From positions 96,001-160,000 of the forward strand of contig JAJYUZ010000003.1 of assembly GCA_021792255.1 (NCBI GenBank): a stretch of 64,000 nucleotides of DNA. Reading direction: 5' to 3'. Position 1 is the stretch's first letter, and every line of letters starts with the position of its first letter. Below the pieces are notes generated by a model, which ran no database searches, was not told the DNA's origin, and saw only the letters and a program-made list of their open reading frames with translations. The position numbers and the translations under genes are program-made. Positions 28,764-39,231 of this stretch are shown here, piece after piece. The DNA is from Thermoplasmata archaeon. Its GTDB lineage: Archaea > Thermoplasmatota > Thermoplasmata > Thermoplasmatales > GCA-001856825.

Positions 28764-29717
28764 CTATCGCAATATGGTCACGAGGTCAGTAAGCGCAGCT
28801 TGAGCTGTCTGGATCTTTCCCGCTCCAGGTCCCATGCTGTATATCTTTCCCATCGTGTCTGTCTCAATCTCTATTGCATTCATAACACCACTTACTCCTG
28901 ACAGAATATCGTCCTTGGAGAGCTGCATAGGTCTCACATAGGCCGTCGATCTATCGGCATATGCAACGAGTTTTGTTTTCGCCTTTGCCTGCTCAGGTGT
29001 CACATTTCTGATTCCTTCAATCTTTAGGTCTGCGAATTCGTGTTTCCATCCCAAGATGTGGGAGATTATTGTGATCTTGGAAGCGGTATCGTACCCGTCA
29101 ACATCGTTCGTTGGGTCCGCTTCTGCGTAACCAAGTTCCTGGGCTTCTTTTAGTGCTACTGAAAAATTCTTTCCCTGCTCCATAGAGGTGAGAATGTAAT
29201 TGGTTGTCCCGTTCATGACACCCCTGACGCTTTTCACTTCTGCCCCTGGAAGCAAATCTAGGATATTGAATGACGGAGTGCCTGCCATTACAGTTCCTTT
29301 CATCAGGAATTTTACACCCTTCTTCTTTGCGAGTTCCGTCAGTTCCTTGTATTTGAGCGCAGAAGGTCCTTTGTTCGTGGTTATCACATGTTTACCTAAT
29401 TCCAGCGCAGTCCTGACGTGCGAATATGCTGGTTCCGCAGTCTTAAGGTTCAGCCAAGTGAACTCACATACTATATCCGCGTCCGATTCCTTGATTGTTG
29501 AAATGACATCCTTCTGTGGAAAAATTTTACCACTGGCAATCTCTCTTATGATGTCTTGTTTAGGGTTGATTATGTGACCGTACTTCATGTCGACTATTTC
29601 GCTTATCGAAACATTGTTCAATCCCAGGGAGTCTTTCTTTCTTGAGAATAAATCGAAAAATCCCTGCCCAACTGTTCCAAAACCTAGTATCAAAATCTTG
29701 GACTTTTTCGAGGTCAT
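28764..29717 (-). CDS. hom: Homoserine dehydrogenase (no ACT domain)
   Basis: GFGTVG, TTNKGP, GVMNGTTNYIL, GYAEADPTNDVDGYD, GPGAG. Confidence 0.93.
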   Translation of the reverse strand: MTSKKSKILILGFGTVGQGFFDLFSRKKDSLGLNNVSISEIVDMKYGHIINPKQDIIREIASGKIFPQKDVISTIKESDADIVCEFTWLNLKTAEPAYSHVRTALELGKHVITTNKGPSALKYKELTELAKKKGVKFLMKGTVMAGTPSFNILDLLPGAEVKSVRGVMNGTTNYILTSMEQGKNFSVALKEAQELGYAEADPTNDVDGYDTASKITIISHILGWKHEFADLKIEGIRNVTPEQAKAKTKLVAYADRSTAYVRPMQLSKDDILSGVSGVMNAIEIETDTMGKIYSMGPGAGKIQTAQAALTDLVTILR

Positions 29718-29848
29718 GTCGAATCATCGTTTGCGAATAGTTAAAGATTCTGGTGAGGACAAGAAAACGCCGCAGAATGTGGAAGGAGTTTGGGTCTAAA
29801 CGAGGGATATTTTAGTGGGGCTGAGACCTAAATATTGGTTTGAACCGG

Positions 29849-30730
29849 CTATCCAAATTTTTTTAGCCAGAATCTCGCAATTTCCTCTCTCGTAGCTATC
29901 CAGAGTTTTTCCTTATTCTTGACATATTTAAGAAATCCTTCAAGTGCAGGCAGTCTCCCGGCCCTCCCTGTTACTCTGATGTGAAATGCCGCAGACATCA
30001 TCTTTGAATTCCTATCAGACTCCCGGTAGAGCGTGTCGAACGAATCTTTCAGATACGAGAGGAAATCAGAGCTGTTGGAGAATCTGTTCATCGGATTTTG
30101 AAAGTGGAAATCATTAGAGTCTGGTGCGTATGGAACTATCAGCATACCCGTCCCCTTGTCAAAGTAAGGTATGTCGTCTGCATATGAATCAGAGTCGTAA
30201 ATGAAATTCTTGGACTCCTTCAGGAGTTCCAAAGTGTTGGGGCTGGGTTCTCTTGCGTAAAAACCTACAGGCCTCTTTCCCGTTATTTCAGTTATCAGAT
30301 CGACGGACTTCTTTATCTCCTTCCTCTCTTCTTCTTTCGTCATCCTGTATAGTTCTGTCCAAGAAAATCCATGGTCGCATATCTCGTGACCTTCTTTGAT
30401 TATTGCCTTCGCGGCCTCCCTGTTGGCATCCAGAGATCTGGCCGTCGCATAGAACGTTGCTCTAACGTTGTATTTTCCAAGTAGGTCTAATATCCTCCAT
30501 ATTCCAACTCGTTGTCCGTACTCATAGACGGACTCCATACCTACATCCCTGACCTTGACATCCACTGGCCCGAATTCACCTATAGTTTCGACAGTGTTGT
30601 CCGTTGCGACCGAATGTTCGCTCCCTTCCTCATAGTTGAAAACGAGAGATAGGGCAAGTGTTTTTCCTCCTGGCCATTTGAACTTTGGAGGAAACCGCCC
30701 GTAACCGACATAGTCTCTTGAGTTTTCCAT
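29849..30730 (-). CDS. PuuE allantoinase-like polysaccharide deacetylase family hydrolase
   Basis: RDYVGYG..PP...WP, NYEEGSE, ESVYEYG.RVG.WR, H.R..GR.GR. Confidence 0.82.
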   Translation of the reverse strand: MENSRDYVGYGRFPPKFKWPGGKTLALSLVFNYEEGSEHSVATDNTVETIGEFGPVDVKVRDVGMESVYEYGQRVGIWRILDLLGKYNVRATFYATARSLDANREAAKAIIKEGHEICDHGFSWTELYRMTKEEERKEIKKSVDLITEITGKRPVGFYAREPSPNTLELLKESKNFIYDSDSYADDIPYFDKGTGMLIVPYAPDSNDFHFQNPMNRFSNSSDFLSYLKDSFDTLYRESDRNSKMMSAAFHIRVTGRAGRLPALEGFLKYVKNKEKLWIATREEIARFWLKKFG

Positions 30731-30841
30731 TCAATATATTATACGCTGCTTAGAGAAAAAAGTAACTATGCCCTCCCAGTGGACGCTGGAAAAAACTGTA
30801 TCGTGCGGTTGCAGAAATGGCATGAACATCGGCATCTTTAC

Positions 30842-32212
30842 TCAAAGTTTCTTGAGTTCCTGTATTACCTTCGAAATGGATTCTTGCGCATCGCCGTAAA
30901 GCATCTTTGTCTTGTCCATATAGAAGAGATCGTTTTCAATCCCTGCAAATCCCTTTCCCGCACCTCTCTTTAGTACCACCACGTTCTTCGATTTGTCAAC
31001 ATCGAGAATCGGCATTCCATAGAGAGCGGTACCGGGAATTCTCGCAGCGGGATTGACTACGTCATTTGCTCCGATTACCAGCGAGACGTCAACGTCCTGG
31101 AATGCTCTGTTCGCCTCATCCCGATCTTCTAGGAGATCGTAAGGCACTCCGGCTTCTGCCAGAAGAACGTTCATGTGCCCGGGCATCCTTCCGGCAACCG
31201 GATGGATTGCGAAGAATACCTTTATTCCTTTCGCTATAAGCATATCGGAGAGATCTCTGACCTTGAATTGTGCCTGTGCCGAAGCCATCCCAAATCCCGG
31301 GACTATTGCCACTGTCGAAGCGTACGCAAGCATCACCGCGACATCCTCGCTGCTTATGGGTTTCAGATTTCCAGATACCGTCCTGCTTTCTTCCTGCACC
31401 TTTCCAAATCCCCCTGCCAGTATCGCTACGACCGATCTGTTCATTGCCGTAGCCATCGCAAGAGTCAGAATGGTGCCTGCTGCTCCAACCAGTATTCCTG
31501 CTACTACCATAGCGTAGTTTGATATCGCAAACCCTTCCAGTCCAACTGCTATACCTGTCATTGCATTGTACAGAGAGATGAGAACTGGCATATCTGCCCC
31601 ACCGATCGGGAGGGCCATAAGGAAACCGTATCCTATAGTCAGAATGAAGAAAGGAATCAGCGCCGATCTGTAGGAAATCAGAAGGCTGTGGTGAGTGAGA
31701 AATAGTATTCCAAATAGCACACCCACTGCTACGACTATTAGGTTAGCGGCTTGCTGGAGGGTGAAGATTATAGGCTTCTGTCTTATCCATCCCTGAAGTT
31801 TGAGGAAAGCTATCACACTCCCCGCTATAGACACATTGCCAATTATCGCCCCCACCAAAGCGATCGTGAGATTGAATGAAGATGTACCGAATCGTATCAA
31901 CTCGATTGCTGCTATGCTGGATGCCGCGCCAGCCCCCATTCCGTTGTATATGGCAACCATCTGGGGCATGTCTACTATTGCGACTTTCCTGGCGGCAATG
32001 AAACCTATGACTGCGCCTATCAGAATTGCTGTAAATATCAGGACGAGGTTTGAGAGACCCGGGACAAAGAGCGTGGCACCGATTGAAAATGCCATCGCTA
32101 TTCCTGCCCACAGTATTCCACTTCTCGCCGTTGCAGGGTTGCCCATCCTTATCAGACCTATTACAAATGCAGCAATCGTAAGAACGTAGATTGGCTGGGT
32201 TATGTCGATCAT
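30842..32212 (-). CDS. pntB: NAD(P) transhydrogenase subunit beta
   Basis: MPQMVAIYNG, IGGADMPV, AMNRS, IHPVAGRMPGHMNVLLAEA, GANDVVNPAA. Confidence 0.97.
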   Translation of the reverse strand: MIDITQPIYVLTIAAFVIGLIRMGNPATARSGILWAGIAMAFSIGATLFVPGLSNLVLIFTAILIGAVIGFIAARKVAIVDMPQMVAIYNGMGAGAASSIAAIELIRFGTSSFNLTIALVGAIIGNVSIAGSVIAFLKLQGWIRQKPIIFTLQQAANLIVVAVGVLFGILFLTHHSLLISYRSALIPFFILTIGYGFLMALPIGGADMPVLISLYNAMTGIAVGLEGFAISNYAMVVAGILVGAAGTILTLAMATAMNRSVVAILAGGFGKVQEESRTVSGNLKPISSEDVAVMLAYASTVAIVPGFGMASAQAQFKVRDLSDMLIAKGIKVFFAIHPVAGRMPGHMNVLLAEAGVPYDLLEDRDEANRAFQDVDVSLVIGANDVVNPAARIPGTALYGMPILDVDKSKNVVVLKRGAGKGFAGIENDLFYMDKTKMLYGDAQESISKVIQELKKL

Positions 32213-32502
32213 TTCCCCCCTCCCTTCTTCCTGAACATAGAGAGCATCCTTTCAGTCACCACATAACCCCCTACGACGTTCAGCGTGGCCATCACAACTC
32301 CTGTGAATCCTATGACTCGTTCTACATCGTTTGTCGCATATCCGAGAGCAAGAATCGCTCCCACCAAGACGATTCCGTGAATGAAATTTGAACCCGACAT
32401 CAGGGGGGTGTGAAGTATCACGGGAACGTGGCTTATGACCTCATATCCGACAAATATTGCAAGTATGACTATGTAAAGCCATGCCCAGTCTGTAATGATC
32501 AG
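32209..32502 (-). CDS. pntAB: NAD(P) transhydrogenase subunit alpha, part 2 (membrane)
   Basis: VP..LHTPLMSGSNFIHG, NVVGGYVVTERML.MF; start uncertain (CTG 32502 or ATG 32565). Confidence 0.92.
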   Translation of the reverse strand: MIITDWAWLYIVILAIFVGYEVISHVPVILHTPLMSGSNFIHGIVLVGAILALGYATNDVERVIGFTGVVMATLNVVGGYVVTERMLSMFRKKGGGK

Positions 32503-33635
32503 TTCCCGCCACCTTCTTTTGACATAGGTGGAAAAGTCAATTTTCCATCGGTGCATATCATGCAAGCCGCTAGGAGTTCGTCCTTCTCTGGGCCGACGAA
32601 ATTTCCATCCTGTCCGATAAGTATCGATAAAAAGGACAGGACGTTCCTCGAATACATCTGGCTTGAGTTGGTCGGCACGTCCGATTGAGGATTTACTGAC
32701 CCTACAATCTTCACTCCATTGTGTACTATAATTTTCCCCTGCTGAGTCAATTCACAATTTCCCCCGGACTCTGCCATTACGTCAACAATCACACTGCCAG
32801 ATTTCATTTTGGAGACGACTTCAGAACTGACTATCTTGGGAGCCTTTTTGCCCGGAACCCCTGCCGTCGTAATAATGACATCAGATGAGACTATGGCAGC
32901 TTCTAGAATTTCTTTTTCCTTATTCTTTTCTTCAGCTGTCAGTTCTCTCGCATAACCTCCCCCTCCTACTGCATCTAGGCCAACTTCGAGAAACTTGGCC
33001 CCTAGACTCCTGACGTCCTCACCTGCGGCTCTCCTGACGTCATATGCCGTGACAGATGCGCCTAGCCGTCTTGATGTTGCAATTGCCATTAGTCCAGCGA
33101 CCCCTGCACCTATGACGAGAACGTTGGCTGGTTTTACCGTTCCAGCTGCCGTCGTGAGCATCGGCATTAGTCTTGGCGAGTGGTAAGCTCCGATTATCGT
33201 GGCTCGATATCCTGCGACCGCAGATTGCGACGACAGGACGTCCATCGACTGTGCGCGGCTCGTTCTAGGAAGAAGTTCCAGAGAATAGACTCTCAATCCG
33301 CTTTTGGCCAATTCCTGAGCAAGTGACTGGAATCTTAGAGGATATATCTGACCAACCACTGTAGATTTTTCCTTAAAGTTCAATAGATCTTTGATTTCAG
33401 GTCTTCCTAACATTATTGTTAGGTCTGCCCTTGAGAGGATTTCGCTTCGACCATCGAGTACTATGCATCCCGCTGCGCCGTATTCTGAATCTTGGAAACC
33501 TGCTCTGATCCCCCCGCCTGACTGCACGAGCACTTCCAAGTTCTTTGAAACCAGCTTCTTTGTATCTTCTGGTACCAAAGCCACCCTGTTCTCATTCTCA
33601 GAAGTCTCGTTTAGGACTCCGATACTTATGGTCAA
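32499..33635 (-). CDS. pntAA: NAD(P) transhydrogenase subunit alpha, part 1 (dI)
   Basis: ENRVALVP, RAQSMDVLSSQ, GAGVAGL, GGYAREL, GGNCE; TTG start after GAGGTTGGTGA. Confidence 0.95.
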   Translation of the reverse strand: MTISIGVLNETSENENRVALVPEDTKKLVSKNLEVLVQSGGGIRAGFQDSEYGAAGCIVLDGRSEILSRADLTIMLGRPEIKDLLNFKEKSTVVGQIYPLRFQSLAQELAKSGLRVYSLELLPRTSRAQSMDVLSSQSAVAGYRATIIGAYHSPRLMPMLTTAAGTVKPANVLVIGAGVAGLMAIATSRRLGASVTAYDVRRAAGEDVRSLGAKFLEVGLDAVGGGGYARELTAEEKNKEKEILEAAIVSSDVIITTAGVPGKKAPKIVSSEVVSKMKSGSVIVDVMAESGGNCELTQQGKIIVHNGVKIVGSVNPQSDVPTNSSQMYSRNVLSFLSILIGQDGNFVGPEKDELLAACMICTDGKLTFPPMSKEGGGN

Positions 33636-33763
33636 TTTCACCAACCTCTGCGCAGATAATAGATTTTCATAAGTATGTATCGTTTCACCTTGAGAGACCT
33701 GGAAATAAACAGTCATGTCATTCGACTTCGAAAGAGTTTAATCTGTTGGTGAGGTTGGCGCTT

Positions 33764-34372
33764 GTGAAATTCACTGACAGTATAGAGCTGATTGATGGAA
33801 CCATGGCAAACTGCTACGTCGTGAAAATTCAAGACAAGATAATACTGATTGATGCTGGAATGAAGAGCTCTGCGAAGAAGATAATTGATCACTTTGAAAG
33901 AACCAATACTCCCCCTGACTTGGTGCTGATTACCCATTGTCATCTTGATCACATAGGTGGATTGTCTGATCTTGACTCGAAATTCCATCCTCAAATATTT
34001 GTTCCGGACAAAGAGCTTGAGATTGCGAGAGGTAATGAGAAAATGCCATCGACGGGTGGGTTTATGTCAGCAATGGTGGGCCTCACAAGGGCAAAACCGG
34101 TCAATGGTGCAAGACCGATGAGTGAGCTGAATCAGGAAGGCTTGAGGATTGTAGACACCAACGGGCATACTCCTGGAAGCACCTCTTTCCTTTTTGAAGA
34201 ATATAAGGCCATTTTCGTTGGCGATTCGGTATCGGAGAACAAGGGAAGATATGAATTCAGCAAGTCTTTCACTCTGGATCCAAGAAACGCAGAAGTATCT
34301 CTCAGAAAAATATTGGATATGCACGGAATGACCGCATATCCAGGGCATGGCCCGGTATTCGTCGTACCGTAG
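33764..34372 (+). CDS. MBL-fold metallo-hydrolase
   Basis: IDAG, THCHLDHIGG, GHTPGS, GD, PGHG; GTG start after GAGG. Confidence 0.92.
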   Translation: MKFTDSIELIDGTMANCYVVKIQDKIILIDAGMKSSAKKIIDHFERTNTPPDLVLITHCHLDHIGGLSDLDSKFHPQIFVPDKELEIARGNEKMPSTGGFMSAMVGLTRAKPVNGARPMSELNQEGLRIVDTNGHTPGSTSFLFEEYKAIFVGDSVSENKGRYEFSKSFTLDPRNAEVSLRKILDMHGMTAYPGHGPVFVVP

Positions 34373-34403
34373 TTGGGTGGTGCTGTTGATCCGTCAATGG
34401 ACT

Positions 34404-35309
34404 CTAATTTGTTTCTGTCATTAGATCATTCAGTGCTTCCTCAATGTTCGGATATTTGAATTTGAAGCCCATCTCTAGCAGTCTCCTTGGCACAACTCTT
34501 TGACCGCTGAAGACAGAATATTCGCTCCCTTCTCCGAGCACCAGTTTGGCTAGAGAGGGACCCATTCTGATTCTAATCTTCTTTCCCATCTCTCCTGCTA
34601 TGAGATTCATTAGACCGTCCAATCTCAGTTGATTTGGAGAGACTGCGTTGTAAGCTCCTTCGAATCCCCCTTGCGTCATGAATATGATTGATGAAACGGC
34701 ATCGTCCACGTGAATCCAGGATTTCCACGATGCCTTTCCTTTTGTATTGAATGATATCCCTGATCTAGCTCCCCTCAGGAGCTGCGGAAAAGCTCCGCCA
34801 TCATTTCCAAGGATCACCCCAAACCTCGGGGTCAGGAGCTTGACGCTCTTGTCAACTTTCTTTGCTTCCTCCTCCCACCTTGTGCTGAGATTTGCAAGAA
34901 AATCGTCACCTGCTTTTGAATCTTCGTCCACGGTACCTTCTTCGACATTCCCGTAATATCCTATTGCAGACGCACTGACGAGGTATTTTGGCTTCGAATT
35001 TGCAGAATTTATTGCATTCACAAGAAGAGAGGTACTTCGTACCCTGGAATCCACAATTTCCTTTTTGTAAGTTTCAGTCCATTTCTTGTCTATTCCTGCA
35101 CCAGCCAGATTGATGACCACGTCGTAACCTTCGATGCTGTTTGCCTGGATTCTTTCGTCACCAGTGGGATTCCAGGTGATCTGCTTGTAAGATATGGACG
35201 GGTCAGCCTTCCGTGTCAAAATGGCCACTTCACCTCCACTTTCGATTATCTTTTTGGAAAGATGTTTTCCTATGAACCCGGAACCACCAGCTATTAAAGC
35301 TCTAACCAT
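34404..35309 (-). CDS. TIGR01777/YfcH-like NAD-dependent epimerase family protein
   Basis: GGSGFIG, INLAG, SRVRST, SASAIGYYG, SWIHVDD, GQRVVP.RL. Confidence 0.9.
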   Translation of the reverse strand: MVRALIAGGSGFIGKHLSKKIIESGGEVAILTRKADPSISYKQITWNPTGDERIQANSIEGYDVVINLAGAGIDKKWTETYKKEIVDSRVRSTSLLVNAINSANSKPKYLVSASAIGYYGNVEEGTVDEDSKAGDDFLANLSTRWEEEAKKVDKSVKLLTPRFGVILGNDGGAFPQLLRGARSGISFNTKGKASWKSWIHVDDAVSSIIFMTQGGFEGAYNAVSPNQLRLDGLMNLIAGEMGKKIRIRMGPSLAKLVLGEGSEYSVFSGQRVVPRRLLEMGFKFKYPNIEEALNDLMTETN

Positions 35310-35368
35310 CTGAACCTCACTCCTCGTTAAGGTACTATGCTTGACTACCCAGAATAGAGAATTAAACC

Positions 35369-35665
35369 TTACGCACTGGAAGTGACTGTGAATTTTGTCG
35401 GTGAGGTGCCTGGAGGAAGAGGTGGATCGACGATAATCCTGAAAGGAATACCGTTCTTTTGACAAAACGCATCTATCTCAAAAACTTGAACATCAACAAT
35501 CTTGTCGGCATTCTTTTTTGTTGTCGCGAAGGTATTGTAATATATGGACGATGTATCCGCAGGGGAACTCTTGCTCTCCGTATACTCCACCTTGACCTTG
35601 TAATTGTGATTCAGATCGCATATGGGGCACTTTAGCATAGATACGTTGAACTCTAATTCGGTCAT
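35369..35665 (-). CDS. Hypothetical protein with putative Zn ligands
   Basis: CPICDLNH plus a distal FC; fills the intergenic gap. Confidence 0.6.
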   Translation of the reverse strand: MTELEFNVSMLKCPICDLNHNYKVKVEYTESKSSPADTSSIYYNTFATTKKNADKIVDVQVFEIDAFCQKNGIPFRIIVDPPLPPGTSPTKFTVTSSA

Positions 35666-35807
35666 GATTCGTGATTTGGTCGTGATATATACGAATTTGT
35701 TTGCATCCGAACCCAAATCTGTGACCAAACTATCCAGATTGCATGCGTGCCAGTGTTTTCAGACTTAATAATTACCTCGGCATAGGGATCCAATAAAGGG
35801 TACGCAA

Positions 35808-36698
35808 ATGTTTGAGCAAATAAAGAAATTGGCTGATGTATCCTCACGAGGGGGAAGAGTTCCTCCAATCTACCTTTACCTTGTTTTCATCATCCCGGGA
35901 TTTGCTTATTCTGTTACCAAAACAGGTCAGTTGAATTTCATCCCTTTCATCCTCGTCTCAACGGCCATAATGCCACTGATCGCTGCAACGAACTTGTTTG
36001 ACGATTATTTTGATTACGATTTGGGTTTTGACAAGAAAGACTCGCCCAACACGATTTATAGGCGACACCCTATCTTTCATTACAAAGTGACTCCCACCTA
36101 TCTGATTAGATGGGCAGTCGTGTTTTCAATCATCTACCTGATCTTTAGCTTCCTCATTTCTCTGAAATATGGATTGGTACTGAACCTGATAGCCATCATT
36201 GGACTCGCTCTTGGATACGGATACACCGGTCCCCCGTTTGGATACAAGTACCTTGGTTTAGGTGAAATAGGAGTGCTGCTTTCAGCGATAGCCGCAAGCG
36301 AGTTCATCTCTGTTGCTGCAATTGGACGTTTTTACCCGACTTCGGTTCTATTCTTTTTGCCATTTTCCCTTTTGATCGCCCTCGTTCTTTTTTTGGGAAA
36401 TTATCGAGATTTGGAATTTGATCAGAAATCTGGATTTAAGACCCTTGCGACAGTTCTGGGAAGAAGAAAGTCGGGACTTTTCTCGGCATTAGTATTCACC
36501 ATCTTCTATGGTACTATAGCAATCTTATACTTCATGAGAATTTATGGAGAATTTTCTTTGATAGATTTCATTACAGCTCCCTTCGCTTACTATCTTACCG
36601 TTGAGTGGTCAAAGAGGGACAGCTCGAAATTTGAAAGGTTTGCGGGACCATACCTTTTCGCTATTCTTATGCTCCTCATTTTGTTGCTGGTTCTGTAG
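35808..36698 (+). CDS. menA: UbiA-family prenyltransferase, MenA-like
   Basis: NLFDDYFDY..GFD, YTGPPFGYKY.GLGE, NYRDLEFD..SG.KTLA. Confidence 0.8.
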   Translation: MFEQIKKLADVSSRGGRVPPIYLYLVFIIPGFAYSVTKTGQLNFIPFILVSTAIMPLIAATNLFDDYFDYDLGFDKKDSPNTIYRRHPIFHYKVTPTYLIRWAVVFSIIYLIFSFLISLKYGLVLNLIAIIGLALGYGYTGPPFGYKYLGLGEIGVLLSAIAASEFISVAAIGRFYPTSVLFFLPFSLLIALVLFLGNYRDLEFDQKSGFKTLATVLGRRKSGLFSALVFTIFYGTIAILYFMRIYGEFSLIDFITAPFAYYLTVEWSKRDSSKFERFAGPYLFAILMLLILLLVL

Positions 36699-36763
36699 AG
36701 CCTTAACCGCGCATGAAAGGAAGAAACTGTTAAATCTAGAATGCGTTCTCTTTCCTGATACCC

Positions 36764-37219
36764 ATGGATGAGTTCGACAAACGCATTTTGAAAATACTAC
36801 GAGAGGATGCAACTCTGTCATTGAAGGAGATTGGAAAGAGAGTCGGACTTTACTCTCCATCTGCTATAAGCAAGAGAATCGAAGTACTCCGGATGAAGGG
36901 TTACATCAAGAAGATAACCGCAACCCTCGATTATTCAAAGATGGGTTTCTCATTTTCCACCATCACGCTGATAAGGGGCAAGTACGGCGGAAACTACAAA
37001 GAATTAATTGCTGAAAAATTGAAGAAGATACCGGGGATAGTTTCTGTTCACTTCCTGCTTGGAGACATAGACTTCATGATTCAGACTATTTCTAGAAGTA
37101 AAGACGAATATTCGAAAATTCTGGACAGGATATCATCCATAGCAGAGATAGAAAGATCCGATACTAGAACGATTTTGCAGACCTACAAGGAGATGGATTT
37201 TGGATCAGTCGAAATCTAA
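36764..37219 (+). CDS. Lrp/AsnC transcriptional regulator
   Basis: DEFDKRIL..L..DA HTH and RAM domain (LLGDIDF). Confidence 0.92.
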   Translation: MDEFDKRILKILREDATLSLKEIGKRVGLYSPSAISKRIEVLRMKGYIKKITATLDYSKMGFSFSTITLIRGKYGGNYKELIAEKLKKIPGIVSVHFLLGDIDFMIQTISRSKDEYSKILDRISSIAEIERSDTRTILQTYKEMDFGSVEI

Positions 37220-37255
37220 GCGGCTATCAAATTTTCTATTCCTCGCAAATTTAGT

Positions 37256-38230
37256 TTAACTTTTCTTTTCCTCGTCTTTGTACAACCAACACTTCACTGA
37301 ATCGCCCGCACGCCCGAAAGTTGGGGGAGCATTCTCGCACTCGTCGTATCGCTTGACGCAGGAATTCTTGTATATGCAACCTTCCCTGCTTGGCTCTCCA
37401 GACTCGTGAATATTAGATGAAAGGTTTGAAGAAGTGAAGGAGAAGTTCGCCTTGACGAGGTCATCGGTATAAGGGTGCTTAGGTCGCTCAAATATCCCAG
37501 ATGTACTGCCTTCTTCCAGTACTTGACCGTAATAGAGTACCGAGACCCTATCACACATGTATTTGACAACGTTGAGGTCGTGGGTTATGAAGATGTAACT
37601 TATTGAGAGTTCTTTCTTCAGGTCTCTCAGCAAGTTTAGAATTTGTGCCTGAATAGATACGTCCAAAGAACTCGTGGGTTCATCGAGGACCAATATTTTC
37701 TTTCCACCTGCGAGAGTTCTGGCAAGACTTACCCTCTGTTTTTCTCCTCCGCTCAGTTCAGGGGGATAGGACTCGAGTTTACTCTCTGGAAGCTCTACCA
37801 ACTTTGAGGCACTCTTGATCTTCTTTTGACGTTCCTCTCTTGTTAATTTTCCTTGATCTGGTAGCCCCTCTGCAATAATGTCTGAAACGGTGAGTCTCGG
37901 ATTGAGACTCCCAACGGGGTCTTGGAAAACGATACCTATGTTCCTTCTCAAGAACAGCACGTCCTCCTTTCTCCTAAAATCTATCTGTTTACCATTTATT
38001 TTGATTTTGCAATTTTTCGGCTTGTATATCCCGACGAGGGTCTTTGCCAGGGTTGTCTTTCCTGATCCTGTTTCACCGACGATTCCAAAAGTCTCTCCTT
38101 GATTAATACTGAAAGAAATCTTGTCCAGCACCCTCTTCCACTTCTCCAACTCTCTAGCCGGTTGGAACATCTTTGTCTTGGTCCTGAACTGGACCGTCAA
38201 ATTCTCCACTTCAAGTATTGGTTCATTCAT
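37256..38230 (-). CDS. Oligopeptide/dipeptide ABC ATPase (OppF/DppF-like)
   Basis: GETGSGKT, LSGGEKQR, LDEPTSSLD, PKHPYT, Cys-rich tail. Confidence 0.94.
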   Translation of the reverse strand: MNEPILEVENLTVQFRTKTKMFQPARELEKWKRVLDKISFSINQGETFGIVGETGSGKTTLAKTLVGIYKPKNCKIKINGKQIDFRRKEDVLFLRRNIGIVFQDPVGSLNPRLTVSDIIAEGLPDQGKLTREERQKKIKSASKLVELPESKLESYPPELSGGEKQRVSLARTLAGGKKILVLDEPTSSLDVSIQAQILNLLRDLKKELSISYIFITHDLNVVKYMCDRVSVLYYGQVLEEGSTSGIFERPKHPYTDDLVKANFSFTSSNLSSNIHESGEPSREGCIYKNSCVKRYDECENAPPTFGRAGDSVKCWLYKDEEKKS

Positions 38231-39218
38231 AGAGCCAGCACGCGACCTCGCTTCTTCCCGTCTGTCTCTTCAGCTCGGGTACTTCTGTGAGACACTTTTC
38301 CTTGACAAACGGACACCTGGGATTAAATGCACATCCACTTGGGAGTTCTCTTAGATCCGGAGGGGTTCCTGATGATACCTTCAGTGGTCCTTCGCTTGAG
38401 TACCCTTCTGGTACGGAATTTTTTAACATCTTAGTGTAGGGGTGCAGGGGATTTCGAAGCACGTCTTTCATATTTCCGCTTTCCACTACCCTTCCTGCAT
38501 ACATCACGTATACCCTATCACACATGTTCGCAGCTACTGCCAGATCGTGCGTAATCAGAAGTATGCTGCTCGATATTTCCTCTTTCAGGCTAAGAATTAG
38601 GCCAATAATCTTCCTTTGAACTATTAAATCAAGTCCCGTTGTGGGTTCATCCAAGATCAACAGGTTTGGTCTTTGAACAAGAACCATTGCGATCGAGACC
38701 CTTTGTCTCATTCCTCCAGAAAGCTGGTGTGGGTAAACGTTCAGGACCCCCTCTACGTCCCTTATCATTACTTCTTTGAGTGTTTGCTTTATGAACTCCT
38801 CTTTCTCTTTTTTTCCCATCTTTGGTTCCCCGATATTCACAGCTTCTTCCATCTGGTCGTGTACCGAATAAACCGGGTTCAAGGAGGTCAAGGGTTCCTG
38901 AAAAATCATGTTTATTCCCTTCCCCCTGAAGTTGTTCTTCTCATCAAAGCTTGGAAAAATCTCTTTTCCGTCAAAATATATTGTACCTTTTGTTATGCGT
39001 GCCGGGGGAACGTCAAGAACTCCGATTATTGAAAGGGCCAGAGTTGATTTCCCCGACCCACTCTCTCCTACGACTCCCACTACCTCTCCTTTTTCTATTA
39101 TCACTGAAACGTCTCTGAGAACATCCACCCTTTTGTCTATTGTTTCAAAGTTGACGGTCAAGTCCTTGACATCCAGAAGGTTAGGTCTCAATTCTTCTCG
39201 AAGGGCAATAGAGGCCAT
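38223..39218 (-). CDS. Oligopeptide/dipeptide ABC ATPase (OppD/DppD-like)
   Basis: GESGSGKS, FQEP, YPHQLSGGMRQR, DEPTTGLD, GCAFNPRC. Confidence 0.94.
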   Translation of the reverse strand: MASIALREELRPNLLDVKDLTVNFETIDKRVDVLRDVSVIIEKGEVVGVVGESGSGKSTLALSIIGVLDVPPARITKGTIYFDGKEIFPSFDEKNNFRGKGINMIFQEPLTSLNPVYSVHDQMEEAVNIGEPKMGKKEKEEFIKQTLKEVMIRDVEGVLNVYPHQLSGGMRQRVSIAMVLVQRPNLLILDEPTTGLDLIVQRKIIGLILSLKEEISSSILLITHDLAVAANMCDRVYVMYAGRVVESGNMKDVLRNPLHPYTKMLKNSVPEGYSSEGPLKVSSGTPPDLRELPSGCAFNPRCPFVKEKCLTEVPELKRQTGRSEVACWLYE

Positions 39219-39231
39219 AATATAAAATATA

